Below are positions 1 through 8,263 of a DNA stretch of 64,000 nucleotides, piece by piece (position 1 is the stretch's first letter; every line of letters starts with the position of its first letter). The notes under the pieces were generated by a model. That model was not told the origin of the DNA. It did no database searches and was given only the letters and a program-made list of their open reading frames with translations. The position numbers and the translations under genes are program-made. Source of the DNA: Acidobacteriota bacterium (lineage in GTDB: Bacteria > Acidobacteriota > UBA4820 > DSQY01). The DNA lies in contig JBMFSH010000006.1 in assembly GCA_049967655.1 (NCBI GenBank), positions 57,791 to 121,790 of the forward strand, in the 5' to 3' direction.

Positions 1-155
1 TGCAGAGCCTGGATACCCAGCGTGTTCTGGGCGGCTATGGCGGTGACGACGGCCGTCCCGTAGACCCGGAAGGCTTGAAAGGTCTTGAGGTCTGCCGGGA
101 CGCCCGTGGCCCCAGAGGCATCGAAAGCCGAGATGCTGAGCACGGTCTTGTTCAT
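1..155 (-). CDS. thiD: Hydroxymethylpyrimidine/phosphomethylpyrimidine kinase-like protein, N-terminal part (runs off window)
   Basis: Own translation from ATG at 155: MNKTVLSISAFDASGATGVPADLKTFQAFRVYGTAVVTAIAAQNTLGIQAL, resembling the ThiD N-terminus (D.SG..G..ADLKTF...TA..AQNT). AGGAGG RBS upstream. Confidence 0.8.
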   Translation of the reverse strand, partial: MNKTVLSISAFDASGATGVPADLKTFQAFRVYGTAVVTAIAAQNTLGIQAL

Positions 156-184
156 TGCCCCTCTTCCTCCTGCCAGGCGGGGAG

Positions 185-213
185 ATTATATACCCTGCAC
201 CGGGGGGGGTAAA
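185..213 (-). promoter_or_regulatory. sigma70-type promoter of the thiD-like gene
   Basis: TTTACC-17 nt-TATAAT on the minus strand. Confidence 0.55.
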
Positions 214-289
214 ATGCCCTCCCTCGTGGGGAAGGCTCGTTTAGTCTGGGGCCAGCCATGAGCCCCGCCCTTCCCCGGGTGGAGGGGTC

Positions 290-319
290 TTGACAGGGGG
301 GGGGCGGCGGGTGTAGAGT
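290..319 (+). promoter_or_regulatory. sigma70-type promoter of the lipoprotein/Ldt locus
   Basis: TTGACA-18 nt (containing G9)-TAGAGT. Confidence 0.55.
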
Positions 320-499
320 TCATGGCCGTGAGAATCCCCCGAACATACGGGGGGGCAGGGTGTGAGAACTTATGTTCTTGTGCGCTCCCGAGGTCGACCC
401 AGAGAATCCAGCCCCCCGGCGCGAAATGAGCCTACAAGTTTCGGCATAAGATGGCTTATGCCGGTAGTCCGGTTTTTGCTTGGAAAGGAGAGAAGGAAA

Positions 500-1126
500 A
501 TGAGAAAGCTCACCGCTAGCCTCCTGGTTCTGGCCCTTGCTGCGCTGGTTGCCTGCGCCAAGCCGCCGCAGCAGCAGATCGACGCCGCCAAGGCCGCCCT
601 CCAGGCCGCCAAGGCCGCCCAGGCCGACGTTTACGCCCCCGACGCCCTCAAGGCCGCCGAGGACAAGGCTGCCGCCCTGGACACTGAACTCGCCGCTCAG
701 CAGAGCAAGTTCTTCAAGAGCTACAAGGTGGCCACCCAGCTGACCACCGAGTTGCAGCAGCTGGCCGACACGGCCAAGCAGGACGCCATCGCCGGCAAGG
801 CGAAGGCCAAGGCCGATGCTGAAGCTTCCATCACCGCCGCCGACGCTTCCGTCACCGCCGCACGCGAAGCCCTGAAGACCGCCCCCAAGGGCAAGGGCTC
901 CAAGGCTGATCTTGAAGCCATGACCAAGGACGTCGACGATGCCGCCGCGGCCATCGAGACCGCCAAGTCCGACGCCACCGCCGAGAAGTACATGGAAGCC
1001 AAGACCACGGCCGACAGCGCCAAGGCTAAGGCCGACAACGTCGTCCAGCAGGTCGAGCAGGCCAAGGCACTGAAAAAGAGCAGCATCCCTGCTCACAAGG
1101 CCCCGGCCCACAAGGGAAAGAAGTAA
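500..1126 (+). CDS. Ala/Lys-rich coiled-coil lipoprotein (DUF4398-like)
   Basis: Signal peptide with lipobox LVAC, AGGAG/AAGG RBS, helical Ala-rich repeats (AKAAQADVYAPDALKAAED), basic tail ending in KGKK. Confidence 0.85.
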   Translation: MRKLTASLLVLALAALVACAKPPQQQIDAAKAALQAAKAAQADVYAPDALKAAEDKAAALDTELAAQQSKFFKSYKVATQLTTELQQLADTAKQDAIAGKAKAKADAEASITAADASVTAAREALKTAPKGKGSKADLEAMTKDVDDAAAAIETAKSDATAEKYMEAKTTADSAKAKADNVVQQVEQAKALKKSSIPAHKAPAHKGKK

Positions 1127-1142
1127 CCGTTTTCCCGCGAAG

Positions 1143-1175
1143 AAAAAGGGGGCGGCGTTGCCGCCCCCTTTTTTT
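1143..1175 (+). terminator. Intrinsic (bidirectional-type) terminator
   Basis: AAAAA-GGGGGCGGC-GTT-GCCGCCCCC-TTTTTTT directly after the stop codon. Confidence 0.85.
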
Positions 1176-1186
1176 GGGGATCTGGT

Positions 1187-2338
1187 GTGAAGAAGCGGAA
1201 AACGACCCGTAGAATCATCCTGTTGATCATCCTGTGCGCCATCATCTGGTCCGCTTCGGAGTGGCTGGTCCCTCTCCTGGACGGGAGCCAATCCCCGCCC
1301 CTGGACCCCACGGGGAAGGGAGCCGAGACCCTCCTCTTCGCCGCCCGGCGGGAGGGCGCCGAGCAGCTCTATCCGCAGCGATTTATGGCGTGCCAGGACG
1401 CTCTTAAGGAGGCACGCTTCGAAACCAACCTCCAGCTGGCTTCCCAGTGGGGGACCAGAGATTTCGTCCGGCCCCAGCGCCTCCTGGACGAAGCCCAGGC
1501 CCAAGCCTTCGGTCTTTGGAAGGACGCCGTTGAGCACAGGCGCGAGGTGAGACCGGAGGCGGAGGCCATGATCGCCAGGGCCGACGACTCGCTTCAAAGA
1601 AGCGAGGAGGTGGCCGACCTCAGCCGCCAGGACTATTACACGCGAGGGCACCTGGCCACGGCATTCATGCTGCTTCACCAAGCCCAGTCCTACTATGGCG
1701 CTGGCCAGTACGACAGGGCCCTCTCCGCCGCAAGCAGCTCTCTGGAGAACAGCAGCAGGGCCCTCAGCCGGTCTCGCGAATACCTGGAGCGCTTCGATGA
1801 CCCCCACCATCTTCGGCTGTGGGAGTTGTGGATCCGCGAGGCGGTCGCCTCATCGAGGAGCACCGGGATTGCCTTCGTGGTGATCAAGGAGAAACACAGG
1901 CTGGATGTCTACAAGAACGGCCGTCTCGCCCAGTCGTTCCCCGTCGATCTCGGTGCCAATTCCGTGAGCCAGAAGGAGAGGGCCGGAGACAGAGCCACTC
2001 CCGAGGGGCTGTACCGCATCATCCGAAAGAAGGGCCGGGGGGCCACCAAGTACGGGCTCGCGCTCCTCCTCAACTACCCGAACGAAGAGGACCGCCGGCG
2101 GTTCGCCGAGATGAAGGCCCGTGGGCAGTTGACGCGCCGCACTGGCATCGGTGGCCTCATCGAGATACACGGAACGGGGGGCAGGGGCTATGATTGGACC
2201 GACGGATGCATAGCCCCGAATGACGAGAACATGGAAAGGCTGTATCATGAGGCGGTGATCGGGACGGTGGTGGCCATCGTGGGCAGCGACGGCAGCGGAG
2301 GCCCGATCCGATCGGCTCTGATGGAAACGAGGCGATGA
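1187..2338 (+). CDS. L,D-transpeptidase (YkuD) with N-terminal membrane anchor and helical stalk
   Basis: K..GDRATPEG.Y, LLLNYPN and IEIHG...WTDGCIA catalytic His/Cys motifs. Confidence 0.88.
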   Translation: MKKRKTTRRIILLIILCAIIWSASEWLVPLLDGSQSPPLDPTGKGAETLLFAARREGAEQLYPQRFMACQDALKEARFETNLQLASQWGTRDFVRPQRLLDEAQAQAFGLWKDAVEHRREVRPEAEAMIARADDSLQRSEEVADLSRQDYYTRGHLATAFMLLHQAQSYYGAGQYDRALSAASSSLENSSRALSRSREYLERFDDPHHLRLWELWIREAVASSRSTGIAFVVIKEKHRLDVYKNGRLAQSFPVDLGANSVSQKERAGDRATPEGLYRIIRKKGRGATKYGLALLLNYPNEEDRRRFAEMKARGQLTRRTGIGGLIEIHGTGGRGYDWTDGCIAPNDENMERLYHEAVIGTVVAIVGSDGSGGPIRSALMETRR

Positions 2339-3069
2339 GCGACAACGACACCGATCACTCTTCTCCCCTTTTGCGCGGCATCGAATCGACCAAGAAGGAG
2401 CACGCGAGGCGTGTCCGCCGCACCGTCCTGGTCCTCCTCATCGGCACCGGTCTGCTTTGCGCGGCCGTCGTCCTCTTCGTGCTGTCGACGGGATACGGCT
2501 ACGCGGACCTGAATGCGGCCTACATCTCCCGGCACAGCATGGAGGTGCCTCAGACGGGGCCGGTACTGCCCGAGAAGATCCTGGATATGGCCGAAAAGAA
2601 ACTGGACCAAGTGAGGCCCAAGGGCATTTTCGTGGTGGTGGACCACATTCGCAACCACCTCTACCTGCGCGACGGAGACAAGGTCATCCTCGATGCCCTC
2701 TGCTCGGCCGGAGCTGGAACTTTGCTGACCGATCCGAAATCGGACCGCCACTGGGTATTCGACACACCCGTGGGCCGTTTCTTCGTCCGGGACAAGCGCA
2801 AGGATCCCACTTGGACGGCGCCCGATTGGGACTACATCGAATCGGGCGAACCCTTTCCCAAGAACTATGCGGACCGAGTGCAGGAGGGGATGCTGGGTGA
2901 GTACGCCCTGGATTTGGGCGGAGGACCGTCGGGCTACATGATCCATGGCACGCTCTACACCCGCCTCCTGGGACGCAATGTGAGCCACGGGTGCGTAAGG
3001 GTCGGGCGGGACGACCTCCGCATCATCTGGCAGAAGGTGCCCGTCGGGGCCACGGTGTTCATGTACTGA
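2335..3069 (+). CDS. L,D-transpeptidase (YkuD/ErfK family), membrane anchored
   Basis: TP.G.F, P.W..P and YMIHGT...G..VSHGCVR motifs; ATGA overlap with the upstream gene. Confidence 0.9.
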   Translation: MSDNDTDHSSPLLRGIESTKKEHARRVRRTVLVLLIGTGLLCAAVVLFVLSTGYGYADLNAAYISRHSMEVPQTGPVLPEKILDMAEKKLDQVRPKGIFVVVDHIRNHLYLRDGDKVILDALCSAGAGTLLTDPKSDRHWVFDTPVGRFFVRDKRKDPTWTAPDWDYIESGEPFPKNYADRVQEGMLGEYALDLGGGPSGYMIHGTLYTRLLGRNVSHGCVRVGRDDLRIIWQKVPVGATVFMY

Positions 3070-3752
3070 TGAAAAAACGACTGCTTTCTCTCGCATTCCT
3101 GGCGATCTCCGTGGTTGCCCTGGCCGGGGTCGTTCGGGTGCTGGCCCAGGCCGAGCCTTCGCAGGAGCCCCTGCCCCTCCGCGCCGCCCTGGCCGAACAG
3201 GAGGCCAGGCTGGCCACCTCGAACACCTTCTACCTCGAACTGGATCTCTCCCATCCTGCCATCAAGCTCTGCCATTCGGGAGTGGCCCTTGCTACCTATC
3301 CGATCGACTCCCTCAAGGTGGGGTATCCACGCATCTTCTTCTTCCCCCGGATGCATGAGGGGAAATGGATCGGCGAAATCTGGACCGGGGGCCACCTCAT
3401 ACCCCCGAAGATCATCAACCGGATCCGCATCACGCCGGGAAGCGTGCCTTCGGCTGAAATCGCGGTTCCCGCCTTGATTCCGCCGACCATGTCCGATCTG
3501 ATCCCCGTTCCACCCGTCTACACCATCGTTTTCGACGGCGGGAGAGTCATCCGCGTAACTCTGGTCGGAAAGATCACCGGAGCCGTCGGCCAGCCTGACA
3601 AGGAGCGGGGTTGGTGGGCGGACTTCTTGGCGGGTCTGGGCGTCCGGAGGGCGGACTCACTCCGCATCAGCGCCAGCATGCCGGCCAACGACGGGGCCGC
3701 CCTCTTCCGGTCCTTTCCCGACAAGCCTCCAGAACTCCTGATCCTACCGTAG
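3069..3752 (+). CDS. Secreted protein, probable inactive YkuD-like fold
   Basis: TGATG overlap; signal peptide; FYLELDLSHPAIKLCHSGVALATYPI resembles the first YkuD strands; no HG...GC motif. Confidence 0.65.
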   Translation: MKKRLLSLAFLAISVVALAGVVRVLAQAEPSQEPLPLRAALAEQEARLATSNTFYLELDLSHPAIKLCHSGVALATYPIDSLKVGYPRIFFFPRMHEGKWIGEIWTGGHLIPPKIINRIRITPGSVPSAEIAVPALIPPTMSDLIPVPPVYTIVFDGGRVIRVTLVGKITGAVGQPDKERGWWADFLAGLGVRRADSLRISASMPANDGAALFRSFPDKPPELLILP

Positions 3753-4538
3753 GCCCCGGAGCTCAAAGAGGCGAGTCCAAACGGCCGGCTCGACCTGGTT
3801 CGGCCTGGCCAGGCGATCGACCTCCACGCGTTCCAGGATCGCCGGCCAGCTTTCCACCGCATAACCCAGCGAGCGTCCCACCGCGCCCATGGCCTTCCGA
3901 GGCGAGGCGAAGGCCATCCGCAAGAAGGACCAGAAGCGCTCCTGCTCGTTCGGAGGAAGGCTTGCCCGCTCCTTCGGATCGAAGCGGCAGACGGCGGAGA
4001 TCACCTTCGGGCAAGGCCTGAAGGCGCCTGGGGGGACCGAGAACAGCAGGCGGCGTTTCCACCAGCCGTCCGTCCAGACGGCGAGGGGGCCGTATCCCTC
4101 CCCTCCCGCGCTCGCACAGAACTTCCAGGCCACCTCCCGCTGGAGCATGACCACGGCGGAAGCCACTTCGCCCGGGCGCGAGAGGATTCTCCGCAAGATC
4201 TCCGTCCCCGCGTTGTAGGGAAGGTTGCCCACCACCAGCCACCTTGCGCCGCTCCCCGCCAGCTTCGGCAGGTCGAGCTCGCGTGCGTCCCCAAGCACTA
4301 CGCGGAGGTCGGGCCGCTCTCGCGCGAGGGCCGCCGCCAGCTCCCGGTCCACCTCCACGGCCCACGTGGGAAGGTGCAGGTCGAGGAGACCCGACGTGAG
4401 CGCGCCGCCTCCCGGCCCGATCTCGAGGAGGGCGGTGGCCGAAGTGGAGGCCTCCCTCGCGGCCCCAAGGATTCGCTGAATCCAGACGGAATCCACGAGG
4501 AAATGCTGGCCCAGCGACTTCTTCGCCCGCGCGAGCAT
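3744..4538 (-). CDS. rsmA: 16S rRNA adenine dimethyltransferase
   Basis: KKSLGQHFL, EIGPG.GALT, GNLPYN, MLQREVA and F.P.PKV.S motifs. Confidence 0.93.
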   Translation of the reverse strand: MLARAKKSLGQHFLVDSVWIQRILGAAREASTSATALLEIGPGGGALTSGLLDLHLPTWAVEVDRELAAALARERPDLRVVLGDARELDLPKLAGSGARWLVVGNLPYNAGTEILRRILSRPGEVASAVVMLQREVAWKFCASAGGEGYGPLAVWTDGWWKRRLLFSVPPGAFRPCPKVISAVCRFDPKERASLPPNEQERFWSFLRMAFASPRKAMGAVGRSLGYAVESWPAILERVEVDRLARPNQVEPAVWTRLFELRGLR

Positions 4539-4547
4539 GGGCCCGGA

Positions 4548-5150
4548 TCACGCGCCGTGGCGCAGGCGCTCCAGCGCCATGAAGATCTCACGGCCCACCC
4601 AGGCGTCCGTGGCGGCGTAGGAGATCTGGGCGGGGGCGAGTTCCGGCCTGCTCCAGTCCGACATCTTGGCCCGCTTGGAAACGCGGAATCCCAGCAGGCT
4701 CGCCGCGAGTCCCTTCAGGCCGTTGGCGGGGACCCCCGCCTCCGATGATAGTGTGGCGAGATCCACGAATCCCCTCGGTTCGAAGGTGTAGACCTCCTGG
4801 AGCTTCCGGACATCGTAACCGGGCGCCACGCCCACCTTCAGGACGGCCGGATCGGACAGCAGGGCCAGCACCGGCCCCAGCCGATGGAGCCTCAGGAGCT
4901 GGAAGAGATAGGCTTCGGTGCCGCTGGAGAGCTGGAGGATGGCGGGAGGGTTGACCTGCCCCTTCGCAAAGGAGGGCTTGGTCTCCGTGTCGAAGCCCAG
5001 CACTCGTTCGCGGCCGAGCCGCTCGGCCGCGGAGCCCACCTGGGCGTCCGAATGGACCAGGTAGATGCTCCCCTCGAAACGCCGGATGGGGAGTGCGTTG
5101 ATCGTCTCGGCCGTCCATTCCTGCCTGGGATCCGGTGCGGCGCCGTCCAA
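4548..5150 (-). CDS. 3'-5' exonuclease (WRN/RNase D-like DEDDy)
   Basis: LGFDTETKP and SDW....L...QI.YAATDA motifs. Confidence 0.9.
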   Translation of the reverse strand: MDGAAPDPRQEWTAETINALPIRRFEGSIYLVHSDAQVGSAAERLGRERVLGFDTETKPSFAKGQVNPPAILQLSSGTEAYLFQLLRLHRLGPVLALLSDPAVLKVGVAPGYDVRKLQEVYTFEPRGFVDLATLSSEAGVPANGLKGLAASLLGFRVSKRAKMSDWSRPELAPAQISYAATDAWVGREIFMALERLRHGA

Positions 5151-5193
5151 CTCCGCCTCCTGCCTGCTCTCCCGGAATCACTGCGGGATTGAT

Positions 5194-5251
5194 AGTGTAG
5201 CACGCCCGCTCTCCCCCTGGGCCACCTCTCGAACGGCTCCAGTGTTATAGT
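5194..5251. promoter_or_regulatory. Back-to-back extended -10 promoters (exonuclease / dodecin)
   Basis: TGcTACACT on minus (5202-5194) and TGtTATAGT on plus (5243-5251). Confidence 0.45.
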
Positions 5252-5274
5252 GATCACAACCAAGGAGGCACGCC

Positions 5275-5481
5275 ATGAACGAGAAGGTGTTCAAGAAGAT
5301 TCGCGTCGTGGGCTGCAGCCCGGAGAGCTACCAGAAGGCCGTGGAATCGGCCGTGGTGAAGGCCGGGGCGTCGGTGCACGGTATGGCCTGGTTCGAGGTG
5401 GTGGAATTGCGCGGGGCCATCCAGGACGGCAAGACCTCCGAATGGCAAGCCACCGTGGAGATCGCATTCAAGGTGGAGTAA
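5275..5481 (+). CDS. Dodecin (flavin-binding protein)
   Basis: KVFKKI.VVG.S..S...A...A, WFEVVE.RG.I.DG and WQ.T..I.F pattern; AAGGAGG RBS. Confidence 0.92.
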   Translation: MNEKVFKKIRVVGCSPESYQKAVESAVVKAGASVHGMAWFEVVELRGAIQDGKTSEWQATVEIAFKVE

Positions 5482-5653
5482 GGCTGGGGCTGAACCAGGA
5501 CCAGGCTCCCGATCCGGAGGATCGTGGAAGAGGCACAGCGTTGTCGTGCCGGTATCTCGGTGCACTCGTCGGAAAGCCCCCACGCCACCGGCGGGACCCT
5601 CCTGATCCTTCAGAGACTTCCCGCGCCGGCCCGTAGAGTTCCTCCGCGCCACT

Positions 5654-5797
5654 CCACCAGAAACGGTCCAGGTCCACGGCGCCGTTCCGGAAGAGCACCC
5701 CTTCCGCCTGGAGCAAGGCCTGCTGGAGGTTGGTCTCTCCGTCGGCCTCCGAAAGAGGAGAGATCCGGCCTCGGACGTTGAGAACCCGGTGCCAGGG
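5654..5797 (-). pseudogene. C-terminal half of an alkyltransferase-like (ATL/YbaZ, MGMT family) gene
   Basis: PWHRVLNVRGRIS...QQALLQAEGVLFRNGAVDLDRFWW; the N-terminal helix-turn-helix half is absent in all minus frames. Confidence 0.65.
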
Positions 5798-6053
5798 CGC
5801 TGATGAGGCGGTCGTTCGTCCCGCAGCAGCCGCCCAGGAGGTTGAGCCCCCACCGTCGCCGGAGGCCCAGCGTCTGCGCGGCGAGGGACTAGGGCGAGTC
5901 GGAGGCCTCCAGAACGGGGCTTTCTCCCAGCCCTTCGGGGGCCGTGTCCGAGCCCTTGGCCTGCAGGCCAAGCCATGGCTGGACGAGCCATCCAGGCCAG
6001 AGGCCCTCGCGAAGCGGCCAGCGGGCACGAAGGGCTCGCAACGCTCGATTCAT
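5790..6053 (-). pseudogene. C-terminal remnant of a homocysteine S-methyltransferase-family gene with internal TAG
   Basis: Frame from 6053: ...LGLQAKGSDTAPEGLGESPVLEASDSP*SLAAQTLGLRRRWGLNLLGGCCGTNDRLISALA; GGCCGT zinc motif at 5817-5834, stop at 5889-5891. Confidence 0.6.
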
Positions 6054-7393
6054 GATGGACCTCTCCTGGAGTTCAAGAGGCGCCCGGGGGCCGTGGCGCG
6101 GCGGAAGGAGGGCATGAGGAAGAGGACGGCGGCGATCCGGCCGAAGAGGAGGGCCCCCGCGGCGGCCGTGGCCCCCACCAGCCCGGCCGTTCGGATACCC
6201 ACGAAGAGCGCGAGCGCGATGCTGGCCACCTCCAGGGCGGTGGCGAAACTGACGGGCCGCGTGTTGCGGGCCGATACCAGCATGCCGTGCTGAAAGGAGA
6301 GGAGCACGGAGAAGGCGGGCATGATCGCCATGATGCGGGTGGGCACGACCGCCACGCTCGCCAGGGCCGGCGAGAGCCCCGAGAGCCCCCGCAGCCAGAG
6401 GTGCAAGAGGGGGCTGAAGGCGATGACCGCCAGCCCTCCCGCGGCCGCCGCCGCCAGGGCGCTGGCGAAGCGTCGCAGCGGACGGTACCCCTCACGCTGG
6501 GGCCCGGCGAGGGCGATGCTCACGTCCTGGAAGGCCAGCCCGAGGCTTCGGAAGATGAACACGAGGGCGTTGACCACCGGGAGCACGGCCAGGGACTCGA
6601 TGCCCAGGCGGCTGGAGGGCATGAAGAAGGTGACGAGCGGGTTGACCCCCATGCTCAGGATGGAGGTGAGGGCCAAGGGGGTATAGAAGTGCCAGATGTA
6701 GCGGTAGCTGAGCGGCTCCGGCCCCGCACCGCCGGAAGCCGTCCCCTTCATCGCCCGAAGGAGCCGCTGCGCCATCAGCCGGCTGGAAACCGCCTCCACT
6801 ACGACCCCCGCCGACAAGGAGGCGGCGCCCACCACGGCGCCGGGCGCGTGCCAGCCGAGGGAGAGCAGGAGCGCGACGCCCCCCATGGAGACCACGCGAA
6901 GAACGGTGCCGTAGGCCACCCGCCGTGCGAGGCCGTTCCGGACGAGGATGCCCTGATAGAAGCGGCGGTATCCGATGGATGCGGGCCAGGGCAGGAGGAG
7001 CAGGCACGCCAGGTGGGTCAACCCCACGAGGTTCTCGGGAAGTCCCATCAGCCCGCCGGCCACGCGCTCGAAAAGCGGAGGCCAAAGGCTCACGGCCATG
7101 ATGGACGTCAGGGCCGCGTTCAGGGAGAAGACGAAATTCCTCAGCTTCAGGTAGCAGGCCCAGTCCTCGGCGAGCGCCGTGGAGGTGCTCATGACGAGGA
7201 GGATGGGCGATTCCACGAGGAGGGCCACGGCGTAGGCCACGCCGTAAGCGGCCAGGTTAAGGGTGGGGGACGGCAAGCGGGCGATGACCGCGGCGAGGAA
7301 GGGTCCCTCCACCGACATCATCAGCCACGTCCCGGCCAGAGGCGCCCAGAAGGCCAGAATGCGCCGCTGCGTCAGACTGGATTCGCCAGCCAC
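6050..7393 (-). CDS. MATE/MOP-superfamily-like membrane transporter
   Basis: About 12 hydrophobic segments; two related halves (FWAPLAGT.. / FYTPLALT..). Confidence 0.7.
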   Translation of the reverse strand: MAGESSLTQRRILAFWAPLAGTWLMMSVEGPFLAAVIARLPSPTLNLAAYGVAYAVALLVESPILLVMSTSTALAEDWACYLKLRNFVFSLNAALTSIMAVSLWPPLFERVAGGLMGLPENLVGLTHLACLLLLPWPASIGYRRFYQGILVRNGLARRVAYGTVLRVVSMGGVALLLSLGWHAPGAVVGAASLSAGVVVEAVSSRLMAQRLLRAMKGTASGGAGPEPLSYRYIWHFYTPLALTSILSMGVNPLVTFFMPSSRLGIESLAVLPVVNALVFIFRSLGLAFQDVSIALAGPQREGYRPLRRFASALAAAAAGGLAVIAFSPLLHLWLRGLSGLSPALASVAVVPTRIMAIMPAFSVLLSFQHGMLVSARNTRPVSFATALEVASIALALFVGIRTAGLVGATAAAGALLFGRIAAVLFLMPSFRRATAPGRLLNSRRGPS

Positions 7394-7563
7394 GGTCCCC
7401 TCCCCGGCGCGGCGTCCCTCCGCCCGGGGATGTCGCGGATCTCACCTTAGCCCGTCCGCGACTCCCGGGGCAAGACCGATCAGGACCCCCTCGCACTGAG
7501 GGGGTCCGCCAGACGTCCGGCACCTCGCCGGGCACTCCTGGGGCGTGATCGGACCGGTTCGGT

Positions 7564-7836
7564 TCAGCCCTCTACGGCCTCGTCCTTCTTGAGCTTTCGC
7601 TGGTACGCGCTCTTGCCTTCGGCGTAGGCCTCCTTGATGGCCTGCCTCTGAAGGTCGGCGATCTCCTTGGCGTGGTCCAGCTCCTCCGCCGCCTTCTCCT
7701 TGGCCCGCCTGAGGCCCTCGGCCAGCTTCTTTCTCGTCTCGGTCCCCGAGGCGGGGGCCAGGAGGAGCGCGGCGACTCCACCCGCCACGGCGCCCACTAG
7801 AAACGCCACCAGAACGTTAGATGTCTCTTTCTTCAT
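7564..7836 (-). CDS. YtxH-domain protein
   Basis: FLVGAVAGGVAALLLAPASG.ETRKKL signature; AAGGAGG RBS. Confidence 0.88.
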   Translation of the reverse strand: MKKETSNVLVAFLVGAVAGGVAALLLAPASGTETRKKLAEGLRRAKEKAAEELDHAKEIADLQRQAIKEAYAEGKSAYQRKLKKDEAVEG

Positions 7837-8263
7837 CGGAATCCTCCTTGTCATCATGCCCATCGTGATCCGTGCCCAGGAGAAGACTCTCCAGGGTTTT
7901 GCGCAATCCCGTAACGAGGGCCGCGAGATACCGCACGGGGGCCAAGACCGTGGCCACCTGGGCCACCGTAGCCTGGGCCACGTCGCGCACGGAGCTCGAC
8001 ACCGCGGCCAGGTCCTTCACCACCCCTTCGCTGCCCTCCACCACGCGGCGGGCCGCCGCCAAGGTGCCGTCAGCGCTCTCCAGGACCCGCTCGATCCTGG
8101 GCGCGATCCCTTCGGCCCGCGAGGCCAGCCTGCGCCAGTCGTCGAGGAGGAGGGAGAGCTTCCGAAGCACGGCCAGGAAATAGGCCAGCACCCCGAGGCA
8201 CACGAGCCCGAGTACGAAGAGAAACACATCCCGCAACGAGAAGGTGATGGTCATGGCGCTCAC
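7817..8263 (-). CDS. DUF948/YtxG-like membrane-anchored coiled-coil protein
   Basis: N-terminal TM plus heptad helix; located directly upstream of ytxH-like gene, as in ytxGH pairs. Confidence 0.6.
   Translation of the reverse strand: MSAMTITFSLRDVFLFVLGLVCLGVLAYFLAVLRKLSLLLDDWRRLASRAEGIAPRIERVLESADGTLAAARRVVEGSEGVVKDLAAVSSSVRDVAQATVAQVATVLAPVRYLAALVTGLRKTLESLLLGTDHDGHDDKEDSDEERDI

Noticed and set aside
325..440. Possible c-di-AMP (ydaO) or TPP riboswitch near thiD and the cell-wall genes
   Set aside because: Conserved cores of these riboswitches could not be found
362..499. N-terminal extensions in the ORF track (starts at 362, 2991, 8691, 11975, 22146, 32479, 35796, 37764, 50869, 59461)
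   Set aside because: Better starts with RBS, signal peptide or family N-terminus lie downstream
320..1810. 496-aa minus-strand ORF, and other long antisense ORFs (9793-11877, 26172-28073, 52581-55580, 59338-61272)
   Set aside because: Shadow frames opposite well-supported genes in GC-rich DNA; no family motifs
5889..5891. In-frame TAG as possible pyrrolysine or readthrough codon
   Set aside because: The frame lacks most of the methyltransferase and no pyl genes are in view; decay is the simpler explanation
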